Of a stretch of 64,000 nucleotides of DNA, positions 60,300-64,000 are shown one piece after another. The notes under the pieces were generated by a model that was not told the origin of the DNA, did no database searches, and saw nothing but the letters and a program-made list of their open reading frames with translations. The position numbers were made by a program, and so were the translations under genes. Source of the DNA: Neoechinorhynchus agilis (taxonomy: Eukaryota; Animalia; Acanthocephala); assembly GCA_051530055.1 (NCBI GenBank), contig CM121342.1, positions 2,018,797 to 2,082,796 on the forward strand, read 5' to 3'. The first letter of the stretch is position 1; each line of letters opens with the position of its first letter.

Positions 60300-60480
60300 T
60301 CGAGTATTCACTATGCTGTGACAATTTGCGTGCCCATCGGTTTTGGGCAATCGAACCCGTTGGTTCTCATGCTATCAGTCTTGGTCCCGCTCTTGCATAT
60401 CTCAGGGATTGAGTAAGCTACGCCTAGGCCTAGTCCCAACGCGAGACTAAAGGAACAGTCATCCATTTTAGCGATAATTT
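60300..60480 (-). mobile_element. CRE-type fragment (Zn-knuckle region)
   Basis: KMDDCSFSLALGLGLG..CKSG is shared with 28785-28880. Confidence 0.55.
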
Positions 60481-61760
60481 CGACAGTATCAATGTTTATC
60501 ATCTAAAATACTAACACAGAAGTGTTATCCTGTATACTAGTTATTATCATGCGATATGATCGAGAAACCCCTGTTTCTGGACTCTTTGTCCGCTAAAACC
60601 TCTGAAGAAGAGCACCATTGCTTCCTCATTGGCAATTTCAAGCTGATGCTCGTTTTTTGGCTTCCATAGGTTGAACTAAGCATTCTATTTTGATGGCTTC
60701 CATTATTAACTGATTTCGTAAATTAGGTTGTACGCTTATCACATTCACGTCATCAAAATCAATTTGATGTTCGCAATTCACCCTGTGATTGGCTATTGCT
60801 GAGGAAGCATCGTAACGCCTACATGCATATCTGTGCTCTGCGATCCTTTTGCTGAGTCCTTGTTTGGTCTGTCCCGCATATTTGGCTAGACAGTCTTTGC
60901 AACGGACATCGAATACAACTTGATATTGCTCACATTTTGACTTATTTTTAAGGATGACTGCGAGGTTCTCTTCTTTTGTATTGAACAGAAAGATTGTTTT
61001 GTCCAAGTTTCGCAAATCTCGATTAAGTACGGATTGAAGTTTGTTATTCACTAATTTAATTCCTATATATTTTGGTTTTTCATTCACCGAACATTTAATG
61101 ATTCTTTTCTCTTGTCTATTAGCGATGTTCTTGGCTTTGTGGTAATTTTTTTATCGCCGATTCAGAATAACCCCTAGCTCTCAAAACTTGAGTAATGAGA
61201 CGTATTTCAACCGTTCTTAACTTGTTAGTTGATCATATTCTATAGGATCTTAGAAACAGTGACACAGCTGTAGATCTCTTAAAGGACTCCGGATTGTGTC
61301 TAAGACCAATGCGAAGGATACCAGGCTAAATTTGGTTTTCTGGACACACTTTATTCTATCATTTGTAAGGAAGGTAGATGACGACTAACCTTAACACCAA
61401 GGAAATTGATAGTAACCTGCTCACACTCTTCCGCTGTTACAGCCAATTTGATGTTGTTATGTATGGAATGCAACAACTTTTTTAAATTGTTGAACTCGAC
61501 GGTGTGCGCGTTCATAATGCGCTCGATATGTCGATAGTTCAACGCCACCGATCGCCGGGTTCCACGGGTGTGCGAGACTACTGGAAGGGTGGGGTCAGGT
61601 TCGAGATCACCCATCGGCCCCAAAAAGTGGGTTGGCTCTGGCCTTCGAGTGCGGCTAAATGCATCCGATGTGTGCAAGTCAGCCGAAAAGCTCCCAAAAA
61701 AAGGAATATAGCCGAAAGTCTCAAACGAAGATGTCTCAAGACCAATCAATCAATATGAGG
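60465..61760 (-). mobile_element. Decayed Penelope-like element (RT thumb + GIY-YIG) with a very degenerate HHR at about 60465-60515
   Basis: HNNIKLAV..INFLGVKV; VVFDVRCKDCLAKYAGQTKQGLSKRIAEHR..SAIANHRVNCEHQIDF..LIMEAIKI. Downstream is attttag..tgtc-GAA-attat-c-gctaaaat. Confidence 0.8.
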
Positions 61761-61998
61761 AACATAACCATGCGTATGTCTGACTGTAAGGATAAATAAA
61801 TAAAAAAATCTGCTGAACAATGGGGCGATCTATAAAACGTCGGTTATGAGTATCATTAAGGATCACCGCGTCAACCACCGACACCTTCGCACTCAATTCG
61901 CTTTCTGATTCTAACGCTGTACAATCTCAAAAATGTGACTATTCCTGGTGTGCTGGTCTTATGTACAAGTTGATTTTCGCAAAAGACTAACGCTCTTA

Positions 61999-62445
61999 CT
62001 AATCTTCTTCAGATTCACTATCATCCATCTGAACTCCTTCGTATTGCCGAAACAGTTCACCAGGTTGAATCGCTCCCCATCCTTCCGGCCTTGGTGGCAG
62101 ATACAAGCGATATGGATTTGCACTATCAGCAAAACGATTCAACCGAGGCAGTGCATTAATAACGTAAGCTGTAAAAATGTCTCTATCCTGCACAAAAGGT
62201 ACCGCAGATTCAGTTCGGGTGCCAATTGACCCGTTAATTTCTCTTATTTGTTGACGTCGCCGATGTCGAAACCAATTTTCAATGGAAAATAGAGTTCTCC
62301 TCATTCCAACAGCTATTCTTGCCAAATCTAGAGTCGTGGGCATTGGTTCCATTTTGAACATTCTCTCAAGGATATTAACTTCATCTTCCACAAATCCGTT
62401 TATGGCTTGATTAATGTCACTGTTACCACTGCCACGAGAAACCAT
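61999..62445 (-). CDS. Highly divergent homeodomain protein (148 aa from MVSRG), intronless
   Basis: GFVEDEVNILERMFKMEPMPTTLDLARIAVGMRRTLFSIENWFRHRRRQ has F8, L16, F20, P26, I34, A35, I45, W48, F49 and R53 at exact homeodomain spacing. Confidence 0.75.
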   Translation of the reverse strand: MVSRGSGNSDINQAINGFVEDEVNILERMFKMEPMPTTLDLARIAVGMRRTLFSIENWFRHRRRQQIREINGSIGTRTESAVPFVQDRDIFTAYVINALPRLNRFADSANPYRLYLPPRPEGWGAIQPGELFRQYEGVQMDDSESEED

Positions 62446-62449
62446 CGCG

Positions 62450-62950
62450 ATCAAGGTGACTAGTCGCGTGTATCGAAAAATATATCCCAAGTCGACCTAT
62501 TCGATATCGACCGTTCATATAGTCTTGATTGTAGGCTTTGGTTTTCTAGAAAACAATGACAGCTTCAAAGTTTAAAACACTGACGATTGTTTTTTGCCAG
62601 CAGTCGACGCCATATAAACCAACAGGTCGAATCACTTTTCGATATATTTTAGAGATTTGATACGAACTTTCATATATGGATCGCACATAGCACGTCACTT
62701 GTTCAAAACATCATTGATTCTCGTATTCATCTCAGCTATACGGGAACCGTCAGCCGAGAGTATTGATCCAAGGTATTTAAAGTTATCTGTTCCGTCTATA
62801 TTTATTTTGCCCGGTTTCAATCTGAACAGTCGCTCCAGATACTTCGTCTTCCGGAAGTTCCAACGCAGCCCAAACAGTGCTAAACGGTCAATCCTTTACT
62901 GGACTTGATTTGTAAAATTCGTCTTGTCGTTTTTTGCCACGAAAACATAA
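62450..62950 (-). mobile_element. RTE-clade LINE fragment (RT C-terminus), abutting the homeobox ORF
   Basis: FGLRWNFRKTKY..DNFKYLGSIL..EMNTRIN..KIYRKVIRPVGLYGVDCW. Confidence 0.8.
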
Positions 62951-64000
62951 TCTACCCAACAATCTCAACAGCTATTGAATCTCGCTAAGCTGAAAAATTG
63001 CTTAAATCCTATTTTCAGTATTTGGACATATTGCTCGTATTTTTTTAAGTTAAAAATATATATCAATATTGCAGAATATTGGTTTAATGTTATACATAAC
63101 TGTTAAATGTTTATAAATGATTGGGAAATGTGAGCAATGCGTCCAAGTACGAAAAGGGATTCGAGCACAATTTCAGGGAAGCGACATTTTGAAATTGATA
63201 TCGTTTTTTCTGCCGCAACGCCATCAATAAAGTAATTTTTAGGCCTGATTACTTTCGAGTGGTGGCGGTTATGGCATTCGACGATGTTCGCATAACAGTG
63301 GCCAGTTCGTACTTGCGGATGTGAGAAACAGCACTGCACTTTTAGACCGATAAACTCGGAAAACTGTATTGAACTTCGGGTGTCGTAGTCAGAACGCTGT
63401 GGAAGGAACAAAATAATCGTCTAATGTAGTTCAAAGGGGTACAGTTTGAAGCGAAGGTGAAAAATCCATTTTATTGGAAGGACGGTCGACCGACACCGCA
63501 ATCGGTGCAACTCGAGAAGTCATTCAGAGAATCGAACAGAGGAGAATTGCGAATTGGTAGCCTATCGCGTGCGCAAAACTCCGATGAAGAGAAAGCGGCC
63601 AATTACATTGAACGAGAAAGATTTTGAGCGATTCTCAAATTCGAATTATTCTCAAATTAAATCTATAATGCGCCAAAGAAGCGAATTAGAAAAAAGGATT
63701 TCAACTCTTATCCGATTTGTGACACACTCGAACTAATCGAAGACGTTAGACGAATTGATCCAAAGACATTAACATGGTAAGCTAATCAAACTGTCAACAG
63801 TCAACCCAGTCTCACGGAACATTTAAATTGGATCCTTTGCATTTGCGAAGTGGCTCGCGGCCACTTACAGTTACTGTCTTTTTGCTAAGTTAGTTTAGAA
63901 AATATAACGAATAAATGATTAGCCGTCAACTTCGTATAATAGACAAACAACTCATGAATTTTATTTCGACAATATCCGAGTTTGTCGATTGGTATAATGT

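Noticed and set aside
60590-60630. ctgaagaag as a hammerhead on the plus strand
   Set aside because: No GAAA box follows the putative stem II.
61810-61850. ctgaaca..taaaacgtc as a hammerhead
   Set aside because: Two core positions are changed and the stems are poor, so it cannot be distinguished from chance.
63103-63736. ORFs at the right edge (Cys/His-rich minus ORF; possible APE-endonuclease remnant on plus)
   Set aside because: There is no diagnostic motif and the frames are interrupted, so neither call is supportable.

Overview
This is eukaryotic nuclear DNA, almost certainly animal: AT-rich, with 40-55 nt GT-AG introns and metazoan-type C1QBP and ANKRD13 genes. No rRNA, tRNA or CRISPR array was found. 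The window opens in a 180-bp tandem satellite (about 28 copies, 1-5085). A small island of ordinary genes follows (ANKRD13-family, LSM4, C1QBP). The rest is repeat-rich and rearranged. It holds a 2.46-kb head-to-head inverted duplication of an orphan secreted repeat-protein gene, whose spacer contains a CCR4/CNOT6-type LRR-only gene flanked by its own inverted repeat. It also holds three disabled copies of a long coiled-coil gene, a Tudor-domain gene, a divergent intronless actin, GST-like and TGS1-like relics, and a highly divergent homeobox gene. Interspersed are decayed retroelements: CRE-type RLE LINEs, RTE and CR1/L2-like LINEs, Penelope-like elements (PLEs) and one Mag-like Ty3/Gypsy element. 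The main hidden signal is RNA structure. Each satellite monomer carries a minimal hammerhead-ribozyme (HHR) motif with one core substitution, plus a rod-like fold. A solo relative at about 9.7 kb carries a different core lesion. About ten more minimal HHR motifs are dispersed, several directly downstream of PLE GIY-YIG ORFs, two in a palindrome and two in a 355-nt self-complementary element. Protein family calls rest on motif recognition from memory, not database searches. RNA folds were paired by eye. Many boundaries are approximate.
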